Source: Nitrospirota bacterium (lineage in GTDB: Bacteria > Nitrospirota > UBA9217). From it: a DNA stretch of 64,000 nucleotides. This document shows positions 51,756-64,000 of this stretch, piece by piece. Position 1 is the first letter of the stretch. The number at the start of each line of letters is the position of its first letter. Location: assembly GCA_963754875.1 (NCBI GenBank), contig CAVWHO010000016.1, forward strand, positions 192,001 through 256,000, in the 5' to 3' direction. The notes below the pieces were generated by a model that ran no database searches, was not told the origin of the DNA, and saw only the letters and a program-made list of their open reading frames with translations. A program made the position numbers and the translations under genes.

Positions 51756-53261
51756 TTATCTGATCACATCAAAGCTCGCAGAACCTTCGGTCTTTCTGTC
51801 CAACTCGTCAAGCACCGTGTTCACCAGCATGGTCACGAGGTTCAAGGCGCCCTGGTATCCGATGATGGGCTGGCGGTGTAAATGGTGCCGGTCGAAAAGC
51901 GGAAACCCCATACGGACCAGCGGCGTTCCCGTGTCCTGAGTCAGAAACTTTGCATAGGAGTTGCCGATCAGGATGTCCACGGGATCGGTGAACAACAGCG
52001 AGCGAAGATGCCACATGTCCTTGCCGGCGTAGACCTTCCCGTTTGCGCCGAAAGGTGAGGATGCCAGCAGTTCATTCGCCTCTGCCTCGAAGTGCTTGTC
52101 GCCGTTCGTACAGACGACGTGCACCGGCTCGCCGCCCATCTCCATAATAAGGCTCATCATCCCAAGCAGGATGTCCGGGTCGCCGACCAGGGCGAACCGC
52201 TTGCCGTGGACGTAGGGATGAGAGTCCACCATGGCGTCCACAACTCTGCCGCGTTCCGCTTCCACCTCCGCTGGGATCTGCTTTCCCGTGAGCTTGGAGA
52301 GCTCTGCAAAGAACCCATCGGTGTTCCTGATGCCGATCGGAGAAAGAGTGAGCGTCTTCTGGCCCCACTCCTTCTGGATGTAATCCGTAGTCTTCGCGGT
52401 CGAATACTTCTGGAGCGCGACCGTGGCCAGTGCGTTCACCCCGTCCATGGCGTCGGGAATCGGGGTCCCGCCGGGGTAGAGTTTGTATTCGCCCGTGTTC
52501 GGTGAATCAAAGGTAGCGCTCACGTCCGCAAGCACCGTTGCCTCGATGCCCATCATGGCCATGAGCCGTTTGATCTCGTGGTAGTTCCCGGTATAGGTAT
52601 CGAAGCCCGGGACAATGTTGATCTTCCCGTTCGATTCACCCTTCTTGCCTGCCCAGAGCGCCTTCAGGATCCCTCTCATCATGTTGTCATAACCCACGAT
52701 ATGCGAACCCACAAAGCTCGGGGTGTTTGCGAAAGGGATGAGCAGGTCCTGGGGCACGACGCCCTTTTCCTTGGCCGTCTTGATGTAGGCGTTCAGGTCG
52801 TCGCCGATCACCTCTGCCATGCAGGTCGTTGAGACCGCGATCATCTTGGGTTTGTACAGAGTGTAGGCGTTTTCCAGGCCTTCGAGCATGTTGTTCAGAC
52901 CGCCGAATACCGCCGCATCCTCGGTCATGGACGTGGAGATCGCGGCAAAAGGCTCTTTGAAGTGACGGCTCAAATGGCTGCGGAAATATGCCACGCACCC
53001 CTGGGCGCCCTGCACGAACGGCATGGAGCCTTCAAAACCCGAAGCGCAGAACACCGCTCCGAGGGGCTGGCAGGCCTTTGCGGGATTGATCTTGATGTTC
53101 TCCCGTTTGAAATTGAGTTCCTTGTACTCCTCGGTCTTGGTCCAGTCGGCAATTTCCTGAACCTTCTCCGCGGGCCAGCAATTTTCGAATTCCTTTTTGC
53201 GCTCGAACTGTTCCTTATAGTCTTTCTGTTTGAACAGCTCGCTATGGTCTCTAATTTTCAT
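51756..53261 (-). CDS. nifK: Nitrogenase MoFe protein beta chain
   Basis: NPAKACQPLGA, QGCVAYFR, TTCMAEVIGDD. Confidence 0.96.
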   Translation of the reverse strand: MKIRDHSELFKQKDYKEQFERKKEFENCWPAEKVQEIADWTKTEEYKELNFKRENIKINPAKACQPLGAVFCASGFEGSMPFVQGAQGCVAYFRSHLSRHFKEPFAAISTSMTEDAAVFGGLNNMLEGLENAYTLYKPKMIAVSTTCMAEVIGDDLNAYIKTAKEKGVVPQDLLIPFANTPSFVGSHIVGYDNMMRGILKALWAGKKGESNGKINIVPGFDTYTGNYHEIKRLMAMMGIEATVLADVSATFDSPNTGEYKLYPGGTPIPDAMDGVNALATVALQKYSTAKTTDYIQKEWGQKTLTLSPIGIRNTDGFFAELSKLTGKQIPAEVEAERGRVVDAMVDSHPYVHGKRFALVGDPDILLGMMSLIMEMGGEPVHVVCTNGDKHFEAEANELLASSPFGANGKVYAGKDMWHLRSLLFTDPVDILIGNSYAKFLTQDTGTPLVRMGFPLFDRHHLHRQPIIGYQGALNLVTMLVNTVLDELDRKTEGSASFDVIR

Positions 53262-53280
53262 GATGCCACCTCCAAACGTG

Positions 53281-53458
53281 AATTAACCACGGACATTGAT
53301 ACAACCAGTAAAACCTTTGACACTGAAGAGTCGGATGAAAGGCTATGAGTTACACGAATACGTCCTTGACTGATCCTGCCCCTTCATAGCTTTTGTCAGT
53401 GAAAATCCGTAGCAAAGAATTTGACTTTCTCAGTGCCTCCGCGCCTCCGTGGTAAATT
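53281..53458. repeat. REP/MITE-like element with terminal inverted repeats between nifD and nifK
   Basis: AATTAACCACGGA ... TCCGTGGTAAATT ends. Related ccacagag/cacggag units occur at ~48134-48200. Confidence 0.5.
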
Positions 53459-54931
53459 TCATTTTTTCCGTCTTATTAAACTCCACGTCGGGCTGTTCAC
53501 GGTCATGTCCATGTCCCGGGCAAAAACCGGAAACCCGTCGAATCCGTGATAGGGTCCCGAGTAGTCCCAGGAATGCATCTGCCGGAACGGCACGCCGAGC
53601 TTGTGATAGGAATACTTCTCCTTGATGCCCGAGCCGACCATGTCAGGCTTCAGCCGCCGCGTGAACTCTTCCAGCTCGTACAAGGTCGCATCGTCCATGA
53701 TTACCGCGCCTTCCTTCATCTCGGGATAGGTGCGCTTATAATCGTCACTGTGGCCGAATTCATAACCGGAAGCCACCACTTCCATACCGAGGTCTTCATA
53801 AGCACCGATGGTGTGACGCGGACGGAGGCCGCCGACATAGAGCATCACTTTTTTACCTTCGAGCTTTGGCCGATATTGCGCGACGACCTTCTCCATGAGC
53901 GGCGCGTACTTGGCTATGACCGCCTCTGCGTTCTTCTGGATCTTCTCGTCGAACTTGGCAGCGATCTTTCTGATGCTGTCAAAGGTTTTCGTAGGGCCGA
54001 AGAAATTGAACTCCATCCAGGGGATATTGTAAGCCTCTTCCATGTGGCGGCAGATGTAGTTCATGGACCGGTAGCAGTGGATCAGGTTCAGCTTGGCCTT
54101 GGTCGCAATGCCGATCTCGTTGATCGTTGAGTCTCCCGTATACTGGGCGATAACGCGAAGCCCCATCTCTTCGAGTATCTTGCGCGAGGCCCAGGCGTCG
54201 CCGCCGATGTTGTAGTCGCCGATCAGGTTCACGTCATACGGCGTGGTTTTTTCGAGCGTGCCCTTACCGAGCACATAATCCTTGATAGTATCGTTCGCGA
54301 TGTGATGGCCCAGGGATTGGGACACGCCGCGAAAGCCTTCGCACCGTACCGGCACGATCGGGATGTTGATCTCCTTTGCCACGCGCTTCGAGACCGCTTC
54401 GATGTCGTCGCCGATCAGCCCCACCGGGCATTCGGACAGAATGCCGATACCGCGGCCGAGCGGGAAAAGCCCGTGCAATTCCTTGATCGCCAAATCGAGA
54501 CCCTTGTCGCCGCCATAAACGATATTCTTTTCCTGAAAATCCGTCGTAATGTGCATGGTGCCGAAAGCGTCGATCCCGGTCTGGCCGTTGTAGTAGTTCC
54601 GCCGAGACCACCAGGAGTACTGGCCGCAACCGATGGGACCGTGGCTGATCGTGATCTGGTCCTTCACCGGGCCCCAAACCACGCCCTTGGCTCCCGCGTA
54701 AGCGCAACCGCGCACGGTCATGACGCCGGGACGGGATTTGACGTTCGACTTCACCTGGCAGGTACTGCACTGTCCCGTCGGATCGTTGGCTGCAAGGTGC
54801 TTCGCCCGCTCCTTCTTCGATTTTTCCGGGTATGCATCCAGGACCTCTTCGATCATTTTTTGGGTGTCTTTGATCTTCGTGCTTACGGGTTTTGCATCCT
54901 TGCTTTCCTTCTCTTTCACTTCCGTGCTCAT
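53459..54931 (-). CDS. nifD: Nitrogenase MoFe protein alpha chain
   Basis: [33 protein letters not shown]. Confidence 0.97.
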   Translation of the reverse strand: MSTEVKEKESKDAKPVSTKIKDTQKMIEEVLDAYPEKSKKERAKHLAANDPTGQCSTCQVKSNVKSRPGVMTVRGCAYAGAKGVVWGPVKDQITISHGPIGCGQYSWWSRRNYYNGQTGIDAFGTMHITTDFQEKNIVYGGDKGLDLAIKELHGLFPLGRGIGILSECPVGLIGDDIEAVSKRVAKEINIPIVPVRCEGFRGVSQSLGHHIANDTIKDYVLGKGTLEKTTPYDVNLIGDYNIGGDAWASRKILEEMGLRVIAQYTGDSTINEIGIATKAKLNLIHCYRSMNYICRHMEEAYNIPWMEFNFFGPTKTFDSIRKIAAKFDEKIQKNAEAVIAKYAPLMEKVVAQYRPKLEGKKVMLYVGGLRPRHTIGAYEDLGMEVVASGYEFGHSDDYKRTYPEMKEGAVIMDDATLYELEEFTRRLKPDMVGSGIKEKYSYHKLGVPFRQMHSWDYSGPYHGFDGFPVFARDMDMTVNSPTWSLIRRKK

Positions 54932-55006
54932 AGCAATCTCCTTACGCCGAGCGATTCATGATTCAATCGTGCATCGTGAATCCTGTTTCGTGCATCTGTT
55001 CCGGTT

Positions 55007-55930
<924 letters not shown>

Positions 55931-56157
55931 TTAAGGGTCGATTCAAAAGCGAATGCGTAAAGCAAGAGCAGGTGATAGGAAACTATACAGAAAATGGCCT
56001 TGGCAAAAAAAAGATAATGCGTCTTTTGCTTTTCATCTCCGCTATTCTATGCTATATTGCAGCCGTTCAGGCTCACGATAAGACATGTGTATTTATAGAG
56101 TCGTCATAAAGAGCGGCAGTAGAGATAGCATTTCATAATGCTGAGGAAGGTAAAACG

Positions 56158-56630
56158 ATGAAGATGTCCGACATGATCAAAGATGCACTGGAAAGAAAAG
56201 GCTATCGGAATCTCAAAGATGCTTCGAAGATCCTGGGGATAAGCCCGGAGCTCGTGCGGGTAATCATCAATAAAGGGCATGTTCCCAAAGACAAAACGCT
56301 CAGGATCATAGCGACGAAACTGGGTCTGGACAAGTCGTCCTTGATCCTGGCCGCACATCAGGAAAAAGTGCCCCTCGAAGTGAGGGGTTTTTTCCTTTCA
56401 CCTACGGAATCGAAATTCCGGGAGGGCAAACGGATATATCCTCTCTCCCAGGAGCAATGCGACTACCTCGAAAGGGTCCTGACTACCGAAGAAGTACAGA
56501 TGATAAGAAAATATCGTCAGGTACCGAAGACGGCAAGACGCAGATCGTCGGCTATATCGATTTCATGTTTGCGTCCAAAAGAGAGAAGCGGCAATTACTG
56601 CTTCAGGACCGGGGTTACGCACTGACGGTT
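56158..56630 (+). CDS. XRE-like HTH regulator divergent from nifH (frameshift near 56525; end uncertain)
   Basis: LKDASKILGISPELVRVIINKGHVP..TLRIIATKLGL. The C-terminal EDGKTQIVGYIDF is in a shifted frame. Confidence 0.6.
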
Positions 56631-56774
56631 GATCTTCCCCGGTCTCGCCACCGCAGTTCCATTCATCAAGTGAAACGACTGGAATTTTCTATTTCCAGTG
56701 TTCTTCCTGCTCCGTCACCTTCATCACGATCGTCTGCACTCCATCTGCTGTACAACGGTTCAAGGAAGGGTCTC

Positions 56775-58019
56775 GTGGAACAGAGAAGCAAACAGTGATC
56801 TCCGCCATATTTTAAGCCTGCCTGTTATTGTCGCCGCCCTCGGCTATTTTGTCGACATCTACGACTTGGTGCTTTTCAGTATCGTCCGCGTGCCGAGTCT
56901 GAAGTCCCTGGGGCTTTCCGGGCGGGAGTTGATCGACAACGGAGTGTTTCTCCTGAACATGCAGATGGCAGGCATGCTGATCGGCGGGATCCTCTGGGGG
57001 GTCCTTGGCGACAGGAAGGGACGACTCAAGATCATGTTCGGATCGATCTTCCTTTACTCAGTCGCCAACATTGCGAACGGTATGGCAACATCCCTGCCGG
57101 CCTATGCGGGTCTGCGCTTCATCGCCGGAGTCGGCCTCGCCGGAGAGCTTGGCGCGGGTATCACGCTCGTCTCGGAGGTCCTGCACACGCGGCATCCGGG
57201 GGTACGGCACTATGCTCGTGGCCTCTGTGGGCGTCACGGGCGCCATCCTCGCGAACATCATTGCAAACGCGTTCGACTGGCGAAATGCCTTCATCATCGG
57301 AGGCGTCCTCGGCCTCCTTTTGCTCATCGCCCGCATCAGCGTTGCCGAGTCGGGCATGTTCCGTGCCATGCAGGAAAAGACCGGCGTGACCCGCGGGAAC
57401 CTGATGGCCCTTTTCTCGGATCGAAGGCGTTTTTTCCGCTATCTTAACTCTATCCTGATCGGCGTCCCCATTTGGTTCGTCGTCGGCGTCCTGATCACTT
57501 TTTCGCCGGAATTCGCCAAGACGCTCGGGACGACCGGGCCAATCTCTGCCGGGAACGCAGTCATGTTCTGCTATCTGGGACTGGTCTTCGGCGATCTTTC
57601 GAGCGGCCTTCTGAGTCAGGCGCTGAAGAGCAGAAAAAAGGTCGTCCTCCTCTTCATGCTCCTGACCCTGGCGGCCGTCGGCCTCTACTTCAGGCAGGGG
57701 AGCCACGAGCCCGGGCTTCTTCTACGGCGTCTGTCTTGTGCTCGGTTTTACAAGCGGCTACTGGGCCATCTTCGTGACCGTCGCTGCCGAACAGTTCGGC
57801 ACGAACTTGCGCGCAACGGTCGCCACGACCGTCCCCAACTTCGTACGGGGAATGGTTGTTCCCATCACCCTGCTGTTTCAATTTCTTCGCGGGTACTTCG
57901 GACTCGAATACGGTGCATTGATGGTCGGTGCCCTCTGCGCCATCGCGGCGTTCTTTGCGCTTAATTCCCTGGAAGAAACATTCCATAAGAATCTGGACTA
58001 CTATGAAGAGTTCCCGTAA
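56775..58019 (+). CDS. MFS transporter (frameshifts near 56785, 57190 and 57715)
   Basis: ALGYFVDIYD, GDRKGR, GLAGELGAG, AEQFGTNLRAT, spread across frames. Confidence 0.85.
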
Positions 58020-58176
58020 TGCCCGAGCAACGGCGTTGCAGGCCGCAACGGAACGGACATCATCCGTGGTTCTTGCAGACCCCTCCCGCATCTGACAAGT
58101 TAGGACAAGGAGTCGGGAGGGACCGACGGATGCACAGAGTCCGGTGATTAATCGTGTCTCAAATGAGACCAAACGA

Positions 58177-58545
58177 ATGAGCGAAAAGAAATACATATCG
58201 ATAGTATGCTTATTGCTGATTTGCAGTTGCAATAAGTCTCCTGCCAACCTCCCCCTCACAGACGACACTGTAAAGAACAACAAAATCATCAACGCTTTCA
58301 TTCCGAGCGGCACGCATGCGTCAAATGCAATAATAAAGATGGAACAAGAAAATTTCTCCTGTAAAATTTTGACAGATGAAAAAATTCGAAGCCCTAAAAA
58401 TACTAGAGCAAACAAGAATTCGAATGTAGATTTCGTGTGGTGCGAGCGAAAGACGGGAACGGTCTTTGCCAGGCGATGGCAGGTTATTATGAGTCTGGAT
58501 AGCGAAGATAAGGTCAGCAATATATCGGTTTCGACGGGTTTGTAG
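58177..58545 (+). CDS. Hypothetical lipoprotein
   Basis: MSEKKYISIVCLLLICSC lipobox-like signal; AT-rich. Confidence 0.55.
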   Translation: MSEKKYISIVCLLLICSCNKSPANLPLTDDTVKNNKIINAFIPSGTHASNAIIKMEQENFSCKILTDEKIRSPKNTRANKNSNVDFVWCERKTGTVFARRWQVIMSLDSEDKVSNISVSTGL

Positions 58546-58647
58546 GTTCATGAGCAGTACTAGCCGCGCCTGAGATGACGGACTCGATTGCCTAGATCAG
58601 GTTGGATTCGTGCGACTATGTTTGAATTCCTGGGGGTATGAATAAAT

Positions 58648-59070
58648 ATGAGGAAAAGTGAAACGATGCTTAAATGGTTATTATTGGTCGGGGCCGTCTA
58701 TTTCCTGGCTATTGCGGTCGTGCATATGCTGAGGATCAAAATACCGCTATTGTTCGTATATTTCGATGTCCCCTCCTATGGATATCAAGACAGAATAATT
58801 TCTTTTCTATCGTTCGGCTGGTCGACTTTTTTGTTTATGGCGTCTCGTGACCCCATAAAGAACCGGGACGCGGTCAAGGCCATTCTTATCTCCGGCCTCG
58901 GCGCGATCTTTGGTCTGACCGTAATAAATAGCGTCACCGATTTTCGCGCATTGTCTCCGGATATTAATCCTTGGGTTTTCCGAATAGAGACTCTTGGACT
59001 GAGTGTATATGTGGCTGCCTTAATCTTTAGTTATTTTCTCTCAACTAATCAAAGCGCAAAAAGAAACTAA
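58648..59070 (+). CDS. Hypothetical membrane protein
   Basis: About four hydrophobic segments in a 140-aa open frame. Confidence 0.65.
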   Translation: MRKSETMLKWLLLVGAVYFLAIAVVHMLRIKIPLLFVYFDVPSYGYQDRIISFLSFGWSTFLFMASRDPIKNRDAVKAILISGLGAIFGLTVINSVTDFRALSPDINPWVFRIETLGLSVYVAALIFSYFLSTNQSAKRN

Positions 59071-59417
59071 TATGGCCTGTATTCGTTATAGTTTAATTCT
59101 TTGCAACATAAAGTTTCTACCCGTTATTCAACGGCATCTACCCATAGAATTACCCACATGACATACCCAATCGACATTGTTGACATCGCCGTGAATCAGG
59201 CATATATTTGTCTGGAATACTGTGAAGGGGTGTGGCAAGTTCATTGTGATACGAGATAACCTCTGGCCCAGCCAATTTTACGGAGGACCATGATGATGCA
59301 GAAGAGCCACAACGTGGCAACGCCAGCTTCAAAGTTTTAAATTAAGATTTCTTTACAAGGAGGCGGTTTTCAACAAATATAAGACGAAGTAATAGCGCTA
59401 ATGTTCCACGAGGGGGT

Positions 59418-61160
59418 ATGGAGAACAAAACTATTAACGAGAGAACATTGTCGAATAAAGACGATAGCGCTCAGACGGCTGAGATTCTTACTATTGTTTT
59501 GAACAATATTACGCAAGGTATGGTCGTTGTTGGGCCAGACTATGCCGTGCTGGCATTCAACAAGCAGTTGGAGACACTTTTCGGATTGCCGCAGGGAACA
59601 GTCGAGACAGGCCGTGATTTCAGAAATATCCTCAAGGCATGGGCTGATGTGACGGGACAAACAGGGGATATCCTTGAACGGACTTTACGAGAACTTGACC
59701 TGCCCAATCCCTTTGAAATTGAGTTTCCGCAAATGATACAAGGGATTAATCGATGGTGCCTCCTGACCCATAACCCTTTGCCCTCGAAGGGATTTGTAAG
59801 GACATATACTGACATCACCGCGAGGAAAAAGGCGGATGAGCAGCACATGTATGATGCCTTCCACGATCCTTTGACGGGCCTCCCGAACCGGGCACTTTTC
59901 ATGGACCGGCTCCAACACGTCATCACCGCGTCGCAACGCCGGCAGGGCACTCCCAACTACGCGGTCTTTTTCCTCGACATGGACCGGTTTAAGATCATCA
60001 ACGACAGCCACGGTCATACCATCGGCGATCAACTCCTCGTCGTGGTCGGTCGCAAGCTGGCCGATTGCATCCGGCCCGGCGATACCATCGCGCGGCTGGG
60101 AGGTGATGAATTCGCCCTGCTCCTGCAGAACATCAACGACCCCGCTTATACGGTCAATGTCGCCGAACGGATCCGGGAAAAATTGGCTGTTCCGCTCGAT
60201 ATCAAAGGCCATAAAATATTTACCTCGATCAGCATCGGAATCGCGTTAGGCTCGGAAGGCTATGAACGGCCGGAACAGGTCCTGCGCGACGCGGACATCG
60301 CGATGTACGAAGCAAAAGGACGGGGAAATGCATCGTATGAGATCTTCGATATCAAGCTGCATGCCAATATCCTGGACCGGATGCAGCTGGTGGCAGATCT
60401 GCGGGGAGCAGTCGACAATAAGGAGCTTACGCTCTATTATCAGCCCATCATCGACCTGAAAACGCAACAGTTGACGGGATTTGAAGCACTCGTCCGCTGG
60501 AATCATCCGAAGCGGGGCCTCATCTACCCCATGGAGTTCATCCCTCTGGCAGAGGAGCATGGACTCATCTATCAGATCGGAGCATGGATTCTTCACGAAG
60601 CCTGCCGCGAGCTGAAATTGCTTCAGGTGCGGTACCCCGCGCAACCACCGCTCAATATGAGCATCAATATTTCAAGCAGGCAATTCTCGCAACAGGACCT
60701 TGTCGGCATCCTCTCCGGATTTTTGACAGAGACGGGCATTGATCCGCATACCCTGATATTGGAGATCACCGAAAGCATGATCATGGAGAACGTTGGCGCT
60801 GCCGTGGAGACAATGAACCGGCTGCGCAACATGGGGATACAGATCCATATTGATGATTTCGGCACCGGCCATTCTTCGCTGAGCTACCTGCAACTCTTTC
60901 CGGTCAGTGCGCTCAAGATCGACCGCAGTTTTATCAACAAACTTACGGCCAATGGTGACAATCAGGAAATCATCACACACATTGTTTCCCTGGCCAAGAG
61001 CCTGAATTTCGAGGTGATTGCCGAGGGAGTCGAAATGGAGCATCAATTAGCCAATATCAAGAACCTGCACTGCGGCTACGGCCAGGGTTTCCTCTTTGCC
61101 CGTCCCATGGCTTTTAATGCAATAGACGCATGGATGCAAAAGCAGAAGCGTCAAATGTAA
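59418..61160 (+). CDS. PAS-GGDEF-EAL diguanylate cyclase/phosphodiesterase
   Basis: PAS, DPLTGLPNR, RLGGDEF, FEALVRW, DDFGTG. Confidence 0.93.
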   Translation: MENKTINERTLSNKDDSAQTAEILTIVLNNITQGMVVVGPDYAVLAFNKQLETLFGLPQGTVETGRDFRNILKAWADVTGQTGDILERTLRELDLPNPFEIEFPQMIQGINRWCLLTHNPLPSKGFVRTYTDITARKKADEQHMYDAFHDPLTGLPNRALFMDRLQHVITASQRRQGTPNYAVFFLDMDRFKIINDSHGHTIGDQLLVVVGRKLADCIRPGDTIARLGGDEFALLLQNINDPAYTVNVAERIREKLAVPLDIKGHKIFTSISIGIALGSEGYERPEQVLRDADIAMYEAKGRGNASYEIFDIKLHANILDRMQLVADLRGAVDNKELTLYYQPIIDLKTQQLTGFEALVRWNHPKRGLIYPMEFIPLAEEHGLIYQIGAWILHEACRELKLLQVRYPAQPPLNMSINISSRQFSQQDLVGILSGFLTETGIDPHTLILEITESMIMENVGAAVETMNRLRNMGIQIHIDDFGTGHSSLSYLQLFPVSALKIDRSFINKLTANGDNQEIITHIVSLAKSLNFEVIAEGVEMEHQLANIKNLHCGYGQGFLFARPMAFNAIDAWMQKQKRQM

Positions 61161-61406
61161 GGCATCATTATTCGGGATCAGGTGTCTCCTGAGTGGATCC
61201 ATCCCGAACGAGGCAGGACCGTCACGAGGGGTGGGGTTCGTAATCACCCCTTTGAGGCCCCCTGTCAAATGCTTCAAGAACTTCTTCCCGGACCTTGCAC
61301 ATCTTACTCGCTGAACGGTGTGCACGTTTCATGTAAAACTCATAGTGGCAAAGTATCAGGCTGCAGCGTCAACTTGATCGCAGCGTGACGCTGCCGAGGC
61401 AAAATT

Positions 61407-62860
61407 TTACTCCTCTTCCGCCTCTTCTTCTCCTTCATCGGTAAACGGACCTTTGATCCCCAGCTCTTTAATCTTTTTCCTGAGTGTATTGCGGTTGATG
61501 CCGAGCAGATGCGCGGCACGGACCTGGTTGCCTTCGGTCTTGCGAAGCACGAGAGTGATGAGCGGCTTTTCCACGCGGTGGAGCACCATGGTGTAAATGT
61601 CTCCGCGTTCGAGTCCGCCCATGCGTTCCACAAGGTCGGCGAGCTTTTCTTCGAGGAAATTCTCGAAGGAGAGGTGCGCTCCCTGCCCCGGCTTGAAGAT
61701 CTGCGGCGGCAAAGCATCGGGGAAGATCTTATCTCCTTGCGACAGGGTGATAGCGCGTTGGACCGCGTTTTCGAGCTCCCGCACGTTGCCCGGCCAGTCA
61801 TAGGCGCGGAGGATCTTGAGCGTTTCCGGCGTCAGGATCTTTTTCTTCGCGTCGTTGCCCTGGTATTTCTGCATGAAGAACTCGGCGAGCGGCACGATAT
61901 CGTCCTTGCGTTTTCTGAGCGGCGGAATATTGAGCTGGATGACGTTCAGGCGGTAGAACAGGTCCTCGCGGAAACGCTTCTCGCGCACCATCTTCTCGAG
62001 GTTGTGATGGGTGGCGGCAAGCACGCGCACGTCGGTCTTGATCGATTCCGTTCCGCCGACCCGCTCGAACTCCCTTTCCTGCAGCACGCGCAAAAGCTTG
62101 CCCTGGAGCGGCAGGTCCATGTCCCCGATCTCGTCGAGGAACAAGGTCCCGCCGGCAGCGGCCTCGAACTTTGCCGATCTTGCGCCCGATCGCGCCGGTA
62201 AAGGCGCCCTTCTCGTGACCGAAGAGTTCGCTTTCGAGCAGCTCCGACGGGATGGCTGCGGAGTTTACTGCCACAAACGGCCGGCCCTGCGCGTTTGCTG
62301 TGATAGTGGATCGCGCGCGCAACAAGCTCTTTTCCGGTGCCGCTCTCGCCGTGGATCAGGACCGTAGCATCGCTTTCTGCGACGCGGCCGATGGTCTTGT
62401 AAATCTCCTGCATGGCGGCGGTGTTGCCGACGAGCCCGCCCTCGTACTTTTCCCGCACTTCGGCGCGGAGCACGTTTATTTCTTCGGACAGCCGCCTGAC
62501 GTCGATTGCCTTGCGCACGAGGATGTTGACTTCGTCGAGGTCGAAAGGTTTGGTGATGTAATCGAAGGCGCCTCGCCGCATCGCCTCGATGGCGTTCTGC
62601 ATCGTGGCCTGGGCAGTCATGATGATGACCGATGTGCCCCGGCCTTCGGATTGGATCTTGTCGAGCGCCTCAAACCCGCCCATCCCGGGCATGCGGATAT
62701 CCATGAGCACGATCGCAATGTCGTCTTCCTTGAGCCGGGCAAGCGCTTCGGTCCCGTCTTTGGCGAGCACCGTCTCGAGCCCCTCTTTTTCGAGCGACTT
62801 TTTGAGCACCCACCGGACGCTTTCGTCGTCATCGACTATGAGTATTTTTTCTTTGGCCAT
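61407..62860 (-). CDS. NtrC-family sigma54 response regulator (frameshifts near 62286 and 62171)
   Basis: Receiver [34 protein letters not shown] and Fis-type HTH, spread over three frames. Confidence 0.9.
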
Positions 62861-62902
62861 GATAGTTAAATCGCCTTGTGCAAAGCGTCTTTACTCGATG
62901 CT

Positions 62903-64000
62903 CTAACCTGCCAGCGGCAGATACACGCTGAATGTCGTGCCTTCGTTCTCCTGGCTCTCCACGCGGATCGTACCCAGGTGCTCTTGCACGATCTGGTACG
63001 AGAGGGCCAGCCCCAACCCCACGCCCCGGTCCTTGGTCGTGAAGAAGGGCGTGAAAATGTCCTGCAAATGCTCCTGCTTTATGCCGGGGCCCGAGTCGCT
63101 CACCTTCACGACCATGAGCTGGTATTTCTTCCCATCGGACTGCACGGTCGTGAACAGGTCCGACATCCTCGTGACAACGGCAAGTTTCCCGCCCTTCGGC
63201 ATGGCCTCGATGGCGTTCTTGATGATGTTCAGGAATACCTGGATGAGCTGGTCCTCGCTGCCGTAGACATCAGGCAGGCTCGGGTCATAGATACGCGCGA
63301 GAACCACACCCCGCTGCCTTGCACTCTCCTCGTTCAAAAGAAGCACCCGGTCCAGGACGCTGTGAATGTTCGAGGCCTTCATTTCCCGGGGCTTGATCCG
63401 CGTAAAATCGAGGATCCCTTCGAGCACCTTATTCAAACGGTCCGATTCCTTCAGGATCACGTCAAGGTATTCTGTCAGGCTTTTGAGCGACCCCCCAGCG
63501 GCCGTGTTGCCGGACTGGAGTTCGGACTTCATGAGCTGCGCCGCGCCGCGGATGCCCACGAGCGGATTTTTTACTTCATGCGCGATGCCGGCTGCAATCA
63601 AACCGAGCGTGGCAAGACGGTCGGACCTCCGCATGCGCTCTTTGAGGTCCCGGACGCCCGTCTGGTCACGGATCGTAAGGATCACGCCGGTGGGGCGGCC
63701 TTCGTCGTCCGTCAGCATGCTCGTGACGATCCCCGACGGGATGGGGCGGCCCGTGCTTTACCACAATCTCCGCTTCGTAGTCCGAGTAGGATCTCCCGGA
63801 GGAGACGGTCTTCTCGATCTGGCTGACCACGGCCGGCGTATCGAATAAGACAGCCCGGATGTTCTTCCCGATGGCATCGGCCGCCGGGATTTCGGTCATC
63901 TCCTCGGCCGCGCGGTTCCAGATACGCACGCGTCCTTCAGCATCGGTAACAGCTACGCCATCGATGATTCCCGTAAGAATATCAGCGGTAATGTCTTGCA
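62903..64000 (-). CDS. NtrB-like PAS sensor histidine kinase (5' end outside window; frameshift near 63745)
   Basis: WNRAAE PAS, AHEVKNPL, NIIKNA, DSGPG, PFFTTK, GLGL. Confidence 0.88.

Noticed and set aside
58020..59400. AT-rich small genes as integron cassettes or an island
   Set aside because: No convincing attC sites, integrase or direct repeats seen.

Overview
This is a gene-dense, GC-rich bacterial window, probably from an anaerobe (Nitrospirota- or Desulfobacterota-like; this is an inference from gene content only). About a dozen single-base frameshifts look like long-read assembly errors. From left to right it contains: a kinase-like gene; scpA - HEAT-repeat gene - scpB - FlhG/MinD ATPase - J-like/HTH gene; a CusCBA-type efflux system; pal-cpoB; a radical SAM/SPASM(-SDR) gene plus nitroreductase; an nrdJ-rpiB-gnd-tal-zwf-pgl operon; a full complex I (nuo) operon; a Mo-nitrogenase cluster (nifHDK, fused nifEN, nifX, nifI1/I2, fdxB, nifB, hesA) with two sigma54 promoters; an MFS transporter; a PAS-GGDEF-EAL gene; and an NtrB/NtrC-like pair. 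Three observations stand out. (1) An unannotated 40-codon ORF (16464-16342, minus strand) lies directly upstream of the radical SAM/SPASM gene. It ends C-R-K-TGA-K-G-TGA-K-S-TAA and is followed by an fdhF-like SECIS hairpin, so it is a candidate double-selenocysteine RiPP precursor. (2) The NADH module of complex I resembles the electron-bifurcating HydABC/HndABCD type, with a hydrogenase-operon-style DRTGG/CBS-kinase/PHP/HATPase cassette inserted, and it sits next to nif. (3) A HEAT-repeat gene lies between the kleisin (scpA) and kite (scpB) genes.
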